Virus record (IMG/VR): IMGVR_UViG_3300027255_000165
Reading direction: 5' to 3' (one strand)
DNA length: 64,000 bases
Origin: a virus
Lineage: Duplodnaviria; Caudoviricetes
Below are positions 43,873 to 52,559 of the stretch, piece by piece; positions within the stretch are counted from its first letter, which is position 1, and each line of letters starts with the position of its first letter. Both the position numbers and the translations under genes were made by a program. The notes under the pieces are model-generated. The model had not been told where the DNA came from. It did not search any database and saw only the letters and a program-made list of their open reading frames with translations.

Positions 43873-45276
43873 TTAAAATCCTTTTAGTACCTTTTTAGCT
43901 TCTTCAGCTTTAGTGAAATACTCGTAAGATTTTGCCTTATATTCTTTACGCTGTGTGTAAAGATCTGAAAGAATTTGCTTCAATATTGAATCTTTCTTAT
44001 CGTACACAACTCCGTTAACACAGACGATTTCATCTTCATTCTTTCGTCTTTCAGGAATCTCAGACTTTGGAATGATTTCTTTATATGAGTCAGGTGAGAT
44101 GTTAAACTGTCGCATGATTGAGGGGTACAGTGAAGCAAAGTCAAATGCAGATACACCTTGATAGAAACCAACAACCGGTTCTTTAACATAAGCACCAGCA
44201 TATTGGCCATCCTTTGAACCTTCATCTCTTTGTTCTGATCCAATTCTCTTATTAAGGGCTGACATCTTACGTGCAATCAGAGCTTCCGTTACAGCAACTG
44301 GTGATGCAGCTTTATAGAGAGGCATCTTGGTGATTGAAGCCAGGGTCAATAGAACTTCCATTGACTTAAGCTGTTGATCTATATAATAGACTAGACATGA
44401 GTCAACTACGTTATAGAATACGTATTTTGTAAAGTCATTCTCGTAAAGGTCCTGTAAGGATCCATTATACTTGATCTTATTTGTCTTCAGTACTTGACCA
44501 GATACATAATCCAAAGCATTAGATTCTTTTACCTTGACCGTGCGATCGTACTTATCATACAATTGCATGTAATCTAAGATGCCGATGTGCAGCGGTCTAG
44601 AATCATTCTTATCAAGTGATTGAGTCATTGAGGCTTCTTTGATGTCAATCTGGAGACGCTTACATCGGTTAACGATATATTGCCAGTCATAGTTGATAAA
44701 GTTCCAGCCCGTCATCATCGGAAACTTAGGTAAGAACCGATAAATGAATGTTGCCACCATGTCATGTTCATTCTTAAACTGACGGTATTCAAAGGTCCAA
44801 TCCTGATCGAATTGTTTGAAGTATTCATTAGTGTCAGCTTCGATTTTCTTAACTTTTTCAAGAGAAAGTTCTTCTAATCCAAGAACAATGGCCTTACGTT
44901 CTGGCGTAATGATTGAGAATGTTAGGATTCGTGATTTGGCTTCTTCAGCTTTAGGGAAACCATCTACGATCTCGGTTTCAATATCGACAAAGTATGTACG
45001 AGGAAGATTGTATGCAAAGATTTCTTCTTTGTCTCGTTCGGGTAAATTGTCTAAGTAATAGATCAAAGAGAACTTATTGAACTGGCGAGCAGGACCCAAC
45101 TTGATAGGACGACCGTCCCAGTTTGTCAAGGTCTCATGTTTATAACGATCCATTGGATCGGTGATGTACCAGTTCTTAAATTGCTCAACAGGGTAGCGCT
45201 TGAAATTAACCTTGCCTTCCTTGTCGTAATATGAAATAATGACTTCTTTGTCTCTTTGTTCTACGTCTAATAACAT
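43873..45276 (-). CDS. gp43: family-B DNA polymerase, N-terminal half (3'-5' exonuclease, palm motif A, fingers-a)
   Basis: ExoI DIETE, ExoII GWN...YD, ExoIII YNVVD, motif A DFASLYPS; ends in the fingers helix. Confidence 0.94.
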   Translation of the reverse strand: MLLDVEQRDKEVIISYYDKEGKVNFKRYPVEQFKNWYITDPMDRYKHETLTNWDGRPIKLGPARQFNKFSLIYYLDNLPERDKEEIFAYNLPRTYFVDIETEIVDGFPKAEEAKSRILTFSIITPERKAIVLGLEELSLEKVKKIEADTNEYFKQFDQDWTFEYRQFKNEHDMVATFIYRFLPKFPMMTGWNFINYDWQYIVNRCKRLQIDIKEASMTQSLDKNDSRPLHIGILDYMQLYDKYDRTVKVKESNALDYVSGQVLKTNKIKYNGSLQDLYENDFTKYVFYNVVDSCLVYYIDQQLKSMEVLLTLASITKMPLYKAASPVAVTEALIARKMSALNKRIGSEQRDEGSKDGQYAGAYVKEPVVGFYQGVSAFDFASLYPSIMRQFNISPDSYKEIIPKSEIPERRKNEDEIVCVNGVVYDKKDSILKQILSDLYTQRKEYKAKSYEYFTKAEEAKKVLKGF

Positions 45277-45740
45277 TAGTATCCTCGGTTTTGACGATCG
45301 TGATTCTCTGCGTTCTTGGCCATGTAAAGGTTGACTACATCTTTTGAAGTCATACCGATTGAAATTGCGAAATTCATGAAGAAGTGCAAGCCATCAACCC
45401 ACTCATAGTAGAGTTCCAATCGATCTGCTTCACTAAGATCTTCAACTTTCATGTCAACTGCCTTAGCGTTATCCTTCTTCCAGTACTTCCATGCAGCTGA
45501 ACCAATTCCATCGTTAACACCTCCTAGTGAATCGAACATTTCGTTTAGTTCATCACTTAGAGCGTGCTTGTTGACCATCCAAAAGTCTGCAATCTGCTTA
45601 AGGGTCCAACCTGTGAAGTCAAATCCAAGGCGAGCTTGTAATTCTTTTTGCTTGTTGTAGATTAGACCAAAGGTGTCTTCAACGCCTGTGTAGAAATCTT
45701 CTACGTTAAGGTCTGAGCATTTATTATCTGTGTTTGCCAT
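45276..45740 (-). CDS. dCTPase/dUTPase, all-alpha NTP pyrophosphatase (gp56-like)
   Basis: DELNE, EWVD.LHF, Y..KNAENHDRQNRGY. Confidence 0.88.
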   Translation of the reverse strand: MANTDNKCSDLNVEDFYTGVEDTFGLIYNKQKELQARLGFDFTGWTLKQIADFWMVNKHALSDELNEMFDSLGGVNDGIGSAAWKYWKKDNAKAVDMKVEDLSEADRLELYYEWVDGLHFFMNFAISIGMTSKDVVNLYMAKNAENHDRQNRGY

Positions 45741-45751
45741 ATATCTTGTAC

Positions 45752-46972
45752 TTAGAAAAGTGAATTTGTTTGTAAAGTAATTGGCTTTTCTGTTTGTCTT
45801 TTATTAACACTTGCGATAGCATTGAACAAATCAGTGTTAACAACTTCAGGTGCATTGTGCAATTTAGCTAGACGGAATGAATTCTGTCTGAATTCATCTC
45901 GACGCTTGTGATCAGCTGCCAATTCTAGAATCTGAGGAATTGAAGCTTCAACGTTATTCTTATCAACGAAGATTGCAAAATCTTTTAGTTGACTGAAAGG
46001 AACCCCTTCAGTACGGTGAATAACGTGATCTCCCCAGTGTTTATCAAACAAAGGAATGGTACCTGCTGCAATTACCTCGCACATTGCATACTCAATCATT
46101 GAGCCGTAAAGGCGTTCGGGTAGGTTAAAGAATTCTGCACCAAACATTGAGTTTGACAACTCACCCATACCTTCAGCTAGATTATAAGGACCGTAAATGT
46201 AGACCTTATCAGTGAGTTGAGGATATGTGACTGGATTCTTCGTGTCATGGACTTCAAATACATCTTGACGTGGAGTGCGATCATCGTTCAAGAACATTGG
46301 TAGGGCACCAATAGAACGTTCAACGCCTCGAGCTTCAGTTACCACGTCTTCATTTTTCAAAAGGTTCATCAAATCAAACATTCTGAATGGATCCTTAAAT
46401 CCAGCGAAACGACCAAAGTAAGTGATTCTTCGAGTCTGCTTTTCAGCTGATTTCCAAACAGGCTTCCAAGCATCGTAATCGTAAGGATTGAGATTCATCT
46501 CAATCAATGGAGTGTTTGGAGCGTGCTCACGCATTTTGTTTGCGAAGTTAGATGTCAACGAGTAATTGAACATTGCATCCATTTGACTCATGATCTCCCA
46601 ATAGCGATGGTTCTTATTAAGATTCGCCATGTTGTGGTCAAGGCAGTTACCAACCTTTACTGGTTTGGTTAGACCATATACACAATGTTCGATAAAGTCT
46701 TCGTTAAATTCATCACCTACTGATTTGTGAGGGAATGAAGTGTAATAGACCACATCACATTCGTTCAATTCTTTAGCGACCTTAGGAATGTCTTTGCGCT
46801 TAAAGTTAGTTGCAATAATGTCAGTTGACTTGTGACGAGGCCACATCTTTTCTGTTGCTGCGTAAATGGTTGCTTCGTGACCTTCTTTAATCAACCAGTT
46901 GTAAAATTCAATGGTGTGGCGAGTCAATCCACATCCTTCTACTCCTTTAGCTAGTACTAATGCTATCTTCAT
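45752..46972 (-). CDS. agt: DNA alpha-glucosyltransferase homologue (GT-B)
   Basis: N-terminus KIALVLAKGVEGCGLTRH matches T4 a-gt RICIFMARGLEGCGVTK; YFGRF...K, EY...E motifs. Confidence 0.85.
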   Translation of the reverse strand: MKIALVLAKGVEGCGLTRHTIEFYNWLIKEGHEATIYAATEKMWPRHKSTDIIATNFKRKDIPKVAKELNECDVVYYTSFPHKSVGDEFNEDFIEHCVYGLTKPVKVGNCLDHNMANLNKNHRYWEIMSQMDAMFNYSLTSNFANKMREHAPNTPLIEMNLNPYDYDAWKPVWKSAEKQTRRITYFGRFAGFKDPFRMFDLMNLLKNEDVVTEARGVERSIGALPMFLNDDRTPRQDVFEVHDTKNPVTYPQLTDKVYIYGPYNLAEGMGELSNSMFGAEFFNLPERLYGSMIEYAMCEVIAAGTIPLFDKHWGDHVIHRTEGVPFSQLKDFAIFVDKNNVEASIPQILELAADHKRRDEFRQNSFRLAKLHNAPEVVNTDLFNAIASVNKRQTEKPITLQTNSLF

Positions 46973-47015
46973 TTTAAGAAACGTTTAGTTATTTTATACA
47001 CGAAGTGGGATTTGT

Positions 47016-47498
47016 TTAATCCCACCAGTATCTTATGTTATGTTCAATCATTCTCCACAGGATGTCATGGGCTCGTTTGGTTTTATATGCAGTTATTTTC
47101 ATCTGCTCTGACCAAATTTGCATGATCTCTTCGTTGTGTTGATCATCAACTGCCTTTTCCCATCTAATGTCAAGAGAATACATGCCAGTTGCTTTGTTTT
47201 CAATAAACTCAAACTTTTGCTCGCCGTATATCTTTTCCATCATGACTGCCATTTCGTCATTATACTTTTCATCATATACAATGTCCATTAGTTTGATGAC
47301 AGTTCTAATTCTAGAAGCTTGATGAAGAGAATCACGACGATAAGATTTAGAAGATTCAAAGAACTTGGCCTGACGTTCAAGTTGGTGCTTGAATAATTCT
47401 ACTGAGTAACGGAAATCAAAGTCATAACCCTTCCAAATCATGGGTAGAAAGTCGATGACACGTTGTATTCTTCTAAAAATATCTTTAATCATTTTCAT
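47016..47498 (-). CDS. hypothetical protein
   Basis: 160 aa ending in WWD. Confidence 0.8.
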   Translation of the reverse strand: MKMIKDIFRRIQRVIDFLPMIWKGYDFDFRYSVELFKHQLERQAKFFESSKSYRRDSLHQASRIRTVIKLMDIVYDEKYNDEMAVMMEKIYGEQKFEFIENKATGMYSLDIRWEKAVDDQHNEEIMQIWSEQMKITAYKTKRAHDILWRMIEHNIRYWWD

Positions 47499-47697
47499 AT
47501 TTTATTTCAAGATTTCCAGCTATTTGATACGCTTCGGCCAGTTTGTCGTTAGCCTCGTCAATTAGCGTTTGAATGTCTTTATTCAACTTAGCAACTGGAT
47601 GCTGAGTCAAATTGTTTTCAATCACCATCATAATGACGCTCAATCGATCTGTCATTTCATGATAGTGAAACTCATCAAGTTTAGGCATTCTAGCCAT
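47485..47697 (-). CDS. hypothetical protein
   Basis: 70 aa, coupled to neighbours. Confidence 0.75.
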   Translation of the reverse strand: MARMPKLDEFHYHEMTDRLSVIMMVIENNLTQHPVAKLNKDIQTLIDEANDKLAEAYQIAGNLEIKYEND

Positions 47698-48056
47698 TAC
47701 ATTGCAGGGCCTACAGGTGATGTACGAGGCTTTGGAGTGGTATTGATTTTGATCAATACTTCAAACACGTCTTCTCCGCACTCGAATTTGACATACTCTC
47801 TTGAGTTTTCAACCACACTTGTAATCAATGGGCTTGTATATGCAGCTGAGTTTTTTACCTGTGCTTTTTTCAAGTTTGCTAGATCTAATGAATTAATATC
47901 TGCAACCTCGAGTTCGAGCGCCATTGCATAATTTAGGGCTGGATTGGTTTCAATTCTCTTACCAACTTTGTCTTTAGCCGTGTAAGAAATCCAGTTTAAT
48001 TTGTCTGCGGTCATAAATTCTTGACCGTTCTTTTTGATTGTGAAGTTAGCTTCCAT
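47697..48056 (-). CDS. hypothetical protein
   Basis: 119 aa, coupled to neighbours. Confidence 0.75.
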   Translation of the reverse strand: MEANFTIKKNGQEFMTADKLNWISYTAKDKVGKRIETNPALNYAMALELEVADINSLDLANLKKAQVKNSAAYTSPLITSVVENSREYVKFECGEDVFEVLIKINTTPKPRTSPVGPAM

Positions 48057-48222
48057 GTCCTTTGATATGTGATAGTTTTTCGACCATTGAATTTATTCTT
48101 CGTTTATACGCTTCAGCCTTTTCAGTGTAACCGTTTTCGATGGCTCGATTGTAGCGCTTTTGAAGTTGGTGTAGTTTGTGACCTAACCTTTTAGATTCAA
48201 AATGTTCGATAATTCTTTTCAT
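48046..48222 (-). CDS. 58-aa basic helical protein, not in ORF track
   Basis: MKRIIEHFESKRLGHKLHQLQKRYNRAIENG...; TAATG coupling. Confidence 0.65.
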   Translation of the reverse strand: MKRIIEHFESKRLGHKLHQLQKRYNRAIENGYTEKAEAYKRRINSMVEKLSHIKGHGS

Positions 48223-48392
48223 TACTCCGTTTTTAAGTCGTCTAATTTAACATAGACTGGTTCATTTCCATGGTTTTCAAATACCACATCAACGAATATA
48301 ACGTTATAAAACTCGTAGAAATCCTTGATGGATCCACGTCCAAATTTTGGATGGTGGACTTGGGTTCCTTTACTCAGTAATTGGGTACTCAT
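48222..48392 (-). CDS. 56-aa SH3/Tudor-like protein, not in ORF track
   Basis: KGTQVHHPKFGRGSI...VDVVF pattern. Confidence 0.7.
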   Translation of the reverse strand: MSTQLLSKGTQVHHPKFGRGSIKDFYEFYNVIFVDVVFENHGNEPVYVKLDDLKTE

Positions 48393-48663
48393 TCTTCTCG
48401 TTGATGTAGTTTTCTAAACCTTGAATATAACCAACCGCATCTAAGAGATTATCGCGCTTGTGATTGTAGCTTTCACGTGAAAACTTAAGAGCGATTAGAG
48501 CCATGTACATTTCACGACCGGTAACATTTAAACCTGTCATGCCGTTGAAGACCATCGCTGCACGATCCATGCCTTCAGAGAAGGGGCCATACATGCGATC
48601 TTTTTCTTCTGAACGATTATTAATAAGCTCGTGAGCTTCTAGTGCAATTGATTTGTTTTCCAT
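48370..48663 (-). CDS. DUF6378-like protein
   Basis: R...YG.F...A..F...MIALK.SR..H.RDN..D..GY pattern. Confidence 0.7.
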   Translation of the reverse strand: MENKSIALEAHELINNRSEEKDRMYGPFSEGMDRAAMVFNGMTGLNVTGREMYMALIALKFSRESYNHKRDNLLDAVGYIQGLENYINEKNEYPITE

Positions 48664-48667
48664 ATAG

Positions 48668-48697
48668 ATTATACGTAATTAAAGGTGTTTAGTTTCA
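48668..48697 (-). promoter_or_regulatory. class I promoter TGAAAC-N18-TATAAT
   Basis: Motif match. Confidence 0.55.
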
Positions 48698-49368
48698 TTG
48701 ACCCACTCGGGTTTTCCATTGGCGAGACCCATGATCTTGATGTGCTTGCCGCCTGCAATTCTCTTGGTCTTTTCAATTGCCTCTCTGTGAGTTCGAGCCC
48801 ACACGCAACAAACGAAATCTTGTCTTTTACTCCACGCTGATTGCATTTCACGCTCATCTTCGTAGTGTAAGTAATAGACCACAGTTGCTTTGGGTTCGTT
48901 TTGCTCTCGTTCAATCTTTTCAACCTCTTGACGAGCCCAATCGATGTACCAGTTCAAAACGTGATCTTCCGGATCAACTGAATAATCATACAGCTGGAAG
49001 ATCTTCCATGAATCGAGGGCGTACTTACCAACTCCTGTTAAATCTCCCAACCGATCCACAGGGATGGTGACAGGATCTTTGAAAGTGTCTGTTAATTCGA
49101 GCCACTCGCGGCTAAATTGTTTCCATTGTTTAGCTCGTCGATTATAGAATCCAAGAGATCGAATGATTTCAATGATCTCTTCATCTGATGCAAACATCAA
49201 TTCCTCAGGCGTTGGAAATCGATCAAAGAAGTTATACCGTACTTTTTCTACCTGTTTGTAGTTGGTTTGATTCAACATCATACAGACGATCATCATCTGC
49301 CATGGGTTGTCTCTAAGTTGTTCTTGGCGGGTGTTCCAGGGTGATGTCTCAAGCCTGATTCTCAGCAT
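48679..49368 (-). CDS. MBD4-like HhH-GPD DNA glycosylase
   Basis: NPWQMMIVCMMLNQT, FPTPE, LGFYNRRAK, HhH LTGVGKYALDSW.IF, P.DH.L..Y. Confidence 0.88.
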   Translation of the reverse strand: MLRIRLETSPWNTRQEQLRDNPWQMMIVCMMLNQTNYKQVEKVRYNFFDRFPTPEELMFASDEEIIEIIRSLGFYNRRAKQWKQFSREWLELTDTFKDPVTIPVDRLGDLTGVGKYALDSWKIFQLYDYSVDPEDHVLNWYIDWARQEVEKIEREQNEPKATVVYYLHYEDEREMQSAWSKRQDFVCCVWARTHREAIEKTKRIAGGKHIKIMGLANGKPEWVNETKHL

Positions 49369-49645
49369 CGTCTTCCTTTTTAAGATCTTCTAACTTCTTT
49401 TTCTCGGCTTCAACTTTATTTTCTAAGTCTTCAACTGTTGTTCCATTAAAAAGGGTTAGAATGACTGAATAGATTACCAATGGCCAAACCAAAATCATGT
49501 ATAGTCTTTCAGCCGTAGTGTATCGATTCTTTTCGTAGGTTTCTTCATCAACTACATTGCGAATGTTGTAATGCATTAGATCCATCAATAGTGAAAAGAA
49601 GATGCCTAGGCCAAGGTAGATTTGTGCGTATGTTAGAATACTCAT
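49349..49645 (-). CDS. small 2-TM membrane protein
   Basis: Two hydrophobic segments (YLGLG..., ILVWP...). Confidence 0.75.
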   Translation of the reverse strand: MSILTYAQIYLGLGIFFSLLMDLMHYNIRNVVDEETYEKNRYTTAERLYMILVWPLVIYSVILTLFNGTTVEDLENKVEAEKKKLEDLKKEDDAENQA

Positions 49646-49660
49646 AGAATAGAGATAAGA

Positions 49661-49681
49661 AGAGCGGCACTAGGCCGCTCT
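49661..49681 (-). terminator. terminator-like hairpin
   Basis: AGAGCGGC/GCCGCTCT stem. Confidence 0.6.
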
Positions 49682-49691
49682 TCAATTAGAA

Positions 49692-50825
49692 TTAGTTGAG
49701 CAATTCTCCAACTTGGGTTCCAAAACCGGAGAAGGGAGATCGAACCTGATTGCCAAGGTTCCAATCTTTACCAAGAATGTTACCGGCTTGAACCATCAAG
49801 CGAGTACCATCGTGTGCTTGTACACCTTCAACGATGTCTTGACCGTGAGTTGCAAAGTGAGTGACTCCGTTAACGATAGACCAGATAGATTGGTCAGTTG
49901 TTGCGTTAGCAAGTTCTTTAGAGTTCAACTCGCTAGTTGAAACTCCAGCACGAGAGTAAGCTAATTCATTTTGTGCCAAAGGAATCCAGTTGTCTGCACG
50001 ATCACCTGCACCTGCATCTTTAATCAACTTGTGAGCCCATTGCATTTCCTTCAAAGAAGCTGCAGTGTTCTTGGCCTTCTTAACCAATGAGTCAAACTCA
50101 GTTGGCATGAATTGGCGCTTAGCAAGATCACGAAGGTACTCGTTGAACTTTTCCATTGAATCAGCTGTCAATGAAGTCAAGTTGTAAGTGTCAGCTGCCA
50201 TTGAGGTGGTCAAGCCATTAGTACACCACATACGATTTACGTAAGGAGATACTTGAAAACCCGTGATAGGTGAGTTCTTAAGAGTGATACCCGCTTGGAA
50301 CACTTCTGTTTCATCACCAGGAACAGCCCATGAAGCATTAGGATTGAATGCATTGATGGTAATGATACCAGTTCCAGGATCAGTTGTCCAGTTTACTACT
50401 CCAAACTTACCGCGATCAATGATCTCTTCTGCATTCTCAATGAACTGAGAGTTTGAGATCAACTCGTTAGAATGTTTGGTAAAGTTGACAATCAACTTAG
50501 AAACTGGATTCAAAACCAAAGTGATTTGGCTTAAGTTACCGCGGTTAGAAGCCATAGCGTTCTTAACCGTGTTGATGAATTGAGCTTTAGCTTCAGCATT
50601 GAACAGTCGTTCAAAGCGATCAGCAAATTGCTTGCTCATTCCAATGATTTTCATCAAGGACTTGAAAGCACCATTAGTGATTCCAATGCGGTGACCTTGA
50701 TACTCGATCGTCTTTTCGTCGATCAATTTGATGTCTCGAACTGGCACAGTCTTACGAAGAGCTTGTGCATTCAGTGATTCCTCTTTCCGCGTGAGGATTG
50801 CGTCGTTAGATAGTGTTGCTACCAT
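49692..50825 (-). CDS. DUF932-like protein
   Basis: GITLKNS...VNRMWCTNGL motif; WSIVNGVTHFATH. Confidence 0.65.
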   Translation of the reverse strand: MVATLSNDAILTRKEESLNAQALRKTVPVRDIKLIDEKTIEYQGHRIGITNGAFKSLMKIIGMSKQFADRFERLFNAEAKAQFINTVKNAMASNRGNLSQITLVLNPVSKLIVNFTKHSNELISNSQFIENAEEIIDRGKFGVVNWTTDPGTGIITINAFNPNASWAVPGDETEVFQAGITLKNSPITGFQVSPYVNRMWCTNGLTTSMAADTYNLTSLTADSMEKFNEYLRDLAKRQFMPTEFDSLVKKAKNTAASLKEMQWAHKLIKDAGAGDRADNWIPLAQNELAYSRAGVSTSELNSKELANATTDQSIWSIVNGVTHFATHGQDIVEGVQAHDGTRLMVQAGNILGKDWNLGNQVRSPFSGFGTQVGELLN

Positions 50826-50849
50826 GGTTTTAATTTATTTTAGGTTTAG

Positions 50850-50878
50850 ATTATATTTATTTACTTGATTTTGTTTCA
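50850..50878 (-). promoter_or_regulatory. class I promoter TGAAAC-N17-TATAAT
   Basis: Motif match. Confidence 0.7.
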
Positions 50879-51048
50879 AAAGACATTGTGAGAGACGCGA
50901 TACCGACCATTCCAAGAAGGGCGGCGGTAAAGAGTTCGTTAATGGGGTCAGCGAAGTGAATGAATTCCTGAACGGAACCTTTCATTAAGCCAGCTACGAT
51001 CAGAAAACTGAGAGCTGAAACGGCGAGAGATTTGAGATTTACTTTCAT
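50857..51048 (-). CDS. small 2-TM membrane protein
   Basis: Hydrophobic ORF downstream of class II promoter. Confidence 0.7.
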   Translation of the reverse strand: MKVNLKSLAVSALSFLIVAGLMKGSVQEFIHFADPINELFTAALLGMVGIASLTMSFETKSSK

Positions 51049-51075
51049 AGTGTCTATTACCAATTGTTATAAGTA

Positions 51076-51099
51076 AATATAACCAATAAATCTGACCCG
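51076..51099 (-). promoter_or_regulatory. class II promoter CGGGTC-N10-GTTATATT
   Basis: Exact motif. Confidence 0.7.
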
Positions 51100-51177
51100 A
51101 AAAAACTTTTTGTGAAAAAAGTGCAACTTTTTTTCGAATAGATAGCTCATAAACCCAAATAACACACTTATGTAGAA

Positions 51178-51321
51178 ATGGCAAAAGCAAGTGCATCAGT
51201 AATGTCTCTTGACAAACCTAAAAGAAAGAGACCGGGCGTTCACGCTAAAAAGAAGAACTCTGTTCACAAGACGGGTAAAAACTACAAGAAGAAGAACAGA
51301 GGCCAAGGTGGTCGTCGCTAA
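51178..51321 (+). CDS. 47-aa highly basic peptide, not in ORF track
   Basis: MAKASASVMSLDKPKRKRPGVHAKKKNSVHKTGKNYKKKNRGQGGRR; followed by a terminator; AATAGATA upstream. Confidence 0.75.
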   Translation: MAKASASVMSLDKPKRKRPGVHAKKKNSVHKTGKNYKKKNRGQGGRR

Positions 51322-51326
51322 GCCCT

Positions 51327-51350
51327 AAAAAAGCCTGATCTCTCAGGCTT
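51327..51350. terminator. terminator between convergent genes
   Basis: AAGCCTGA/TCAGGCTT stem with flanking A/T. Confidence 0.7.
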
Positions 51351-51366
51351 ATTCTAGTGTGTTAAG

Positions 51367-52410
51367 TTAATTACTTAACGGTGCTTTGATTTGCTCATGA
51401 CATTGATATTCGAACAATCGAATATGGTCATGTGTCAAATCCTCTATTTTGCCAGAGATTGGCATGTCAACTGTGACGTATGGTAAGTCAAATGGCTCAC
51501 GTCTAATTTGCTGACTTGCCTGTGAAAGGTGATTGAGATACAAATGAGTATCTCCCAAACTTCCAATCAATTCATCTGGGATCATGTTAACGGCCTTACC
51601 AAGGATGGTAAGTAGAAGTCCGTACGACGCGATATTAAATGGTAGACCCAAGAACGTGTCAACTGAGCGTTGATTCCACATCAATGAAATCTTACGGCGA
51701 GGAAAATCTCTTTCATCAAGATCTTCATGTTCTAGGTTAACTGCATAATAATCATTGTGCCCGATTGATTCAGCCCAGCGCGATCTACGCTCTTTAATAC
51801 TCATTTCGGTGGTGTAAACTTGAAACCCATAGTGACACGGTGGAAGAACCATATTAGGCAACTGCTCAACGTTCCATGCATTAACCATCAATCTGCGAGA
51901 ATCTGGATTAGTCTTCAAGTCGTCAATCAACTGTTGGATCTGATCTATGCCTGGTTTTCTTTTGGTTTGAGTGCCTAAAATGTAATTGGTTTCATATTGA
52001 CTGCCCCATTCACGCCACTGATTACCATAGATTGGTCCTAACTCACCGTTTATTTCAGCAAATTGTTCATTGGTTTTGATAAGTTCAATGAACTCATCCA
52101 TAGACATTTGATTATTAGTCCTACTTTTGTATGCTTTATATGCATCACCGTTCCAAATGTTGCACCCATTTTCAACGAGGAACTTGATGTTAGTATCTCC
52201 CCGAAGGAACCATAGCAGTTCAGTCACCATTGTTTTCCACGCCATCTTTTTAGTGGTCAACAATGGAAATCCAGTTCGCATGTCGTGGCGAACCTGCCTT
52301 CCAAACAAGCTCTTTGTTCCAGTGCCGGTTCTGTCTTCTTTGATCTTACCGTTTTGAACGATATCGCTCAACAGTTTTTGATAGTCTAAATCTAACCAAT
52401 TTGTCATCAT
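51367..52410 (-). CDS. thyA: thymidylate synthase
   Basis: DRTGTGT, PLLTTKK, GPIYG.QWR, LPPCH, QRSVD..LGLPFN (dUMP-type Asn). Confidence 0.96.
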   Translation of the reverse strand: MMTNWLDLDYQKLLSDIVQNGKIKEDRTGTGTKSLFGRQVRHDMRTGFPLLTTKKMAWKTMVTELLWFLRGDTNIKFLVENGCNIWNGDAYKAYKSRTNNQMSMDEFIELIKTNEQFAEINGELGPIYGNQWREWGSQYETNYILGTQTKRKPGIDQIQQLIDDLKTNPDSRRLMVNAWNVEQLPNMVLPPCHYGFQVYTTEMSIKERRSRWAESIGHNDYYAVNLEHEDLDERDFPRRKISLMWNQRSVDTFLGLPFNIASYGLLLTILGKAVNMIPDELIGSLGDTHLYLNHLSQASQQIRREPFDLPYVTVDMPISGKIEDLTHDHIRLFEYQCHEQIKAPLSN

Positions 52411-52559
52411 TTTACCCAATCTTGAAATGCTAGTTCGTACGATTCAACTCTTTCGATTCCTTCTTCCATGAATTTTTTAGCGGTTTCAATCACCTCTAGA
52501 CGAAGGCCGTATGCATCAGCCTCCATTAGAATTTCTTCAATTTGATTTTCAGCACCCAT
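52407..52559 (-). CDS. 50-aa hypothetical protein, not in ORF track
   Basis: MGAENQIEEILMEADAYGLRLEVIETAKK...; coupled on both sides. Confidence 0.7.
   Translation of the reverse strand: MGAENQIEEILMEADAYGLRLEVIETAKKFMEEGIERVESYELAFQDWVK

Noticed and set aside
38827-45276. Split intein or trans-splicing joining the polymerase halves
   Set aside because: No Cys/Ser intein start, no His-Asn-Cys/Ser/Thr end, and no intron-like RNA at either break
51367-52410. ThyA as the dCMP hydroxymethylase for the alpha-gt system
   Set aside because: It has QRSVD and the dUMP-specifying Asn (PFN), which is canonical thymidylate synthase
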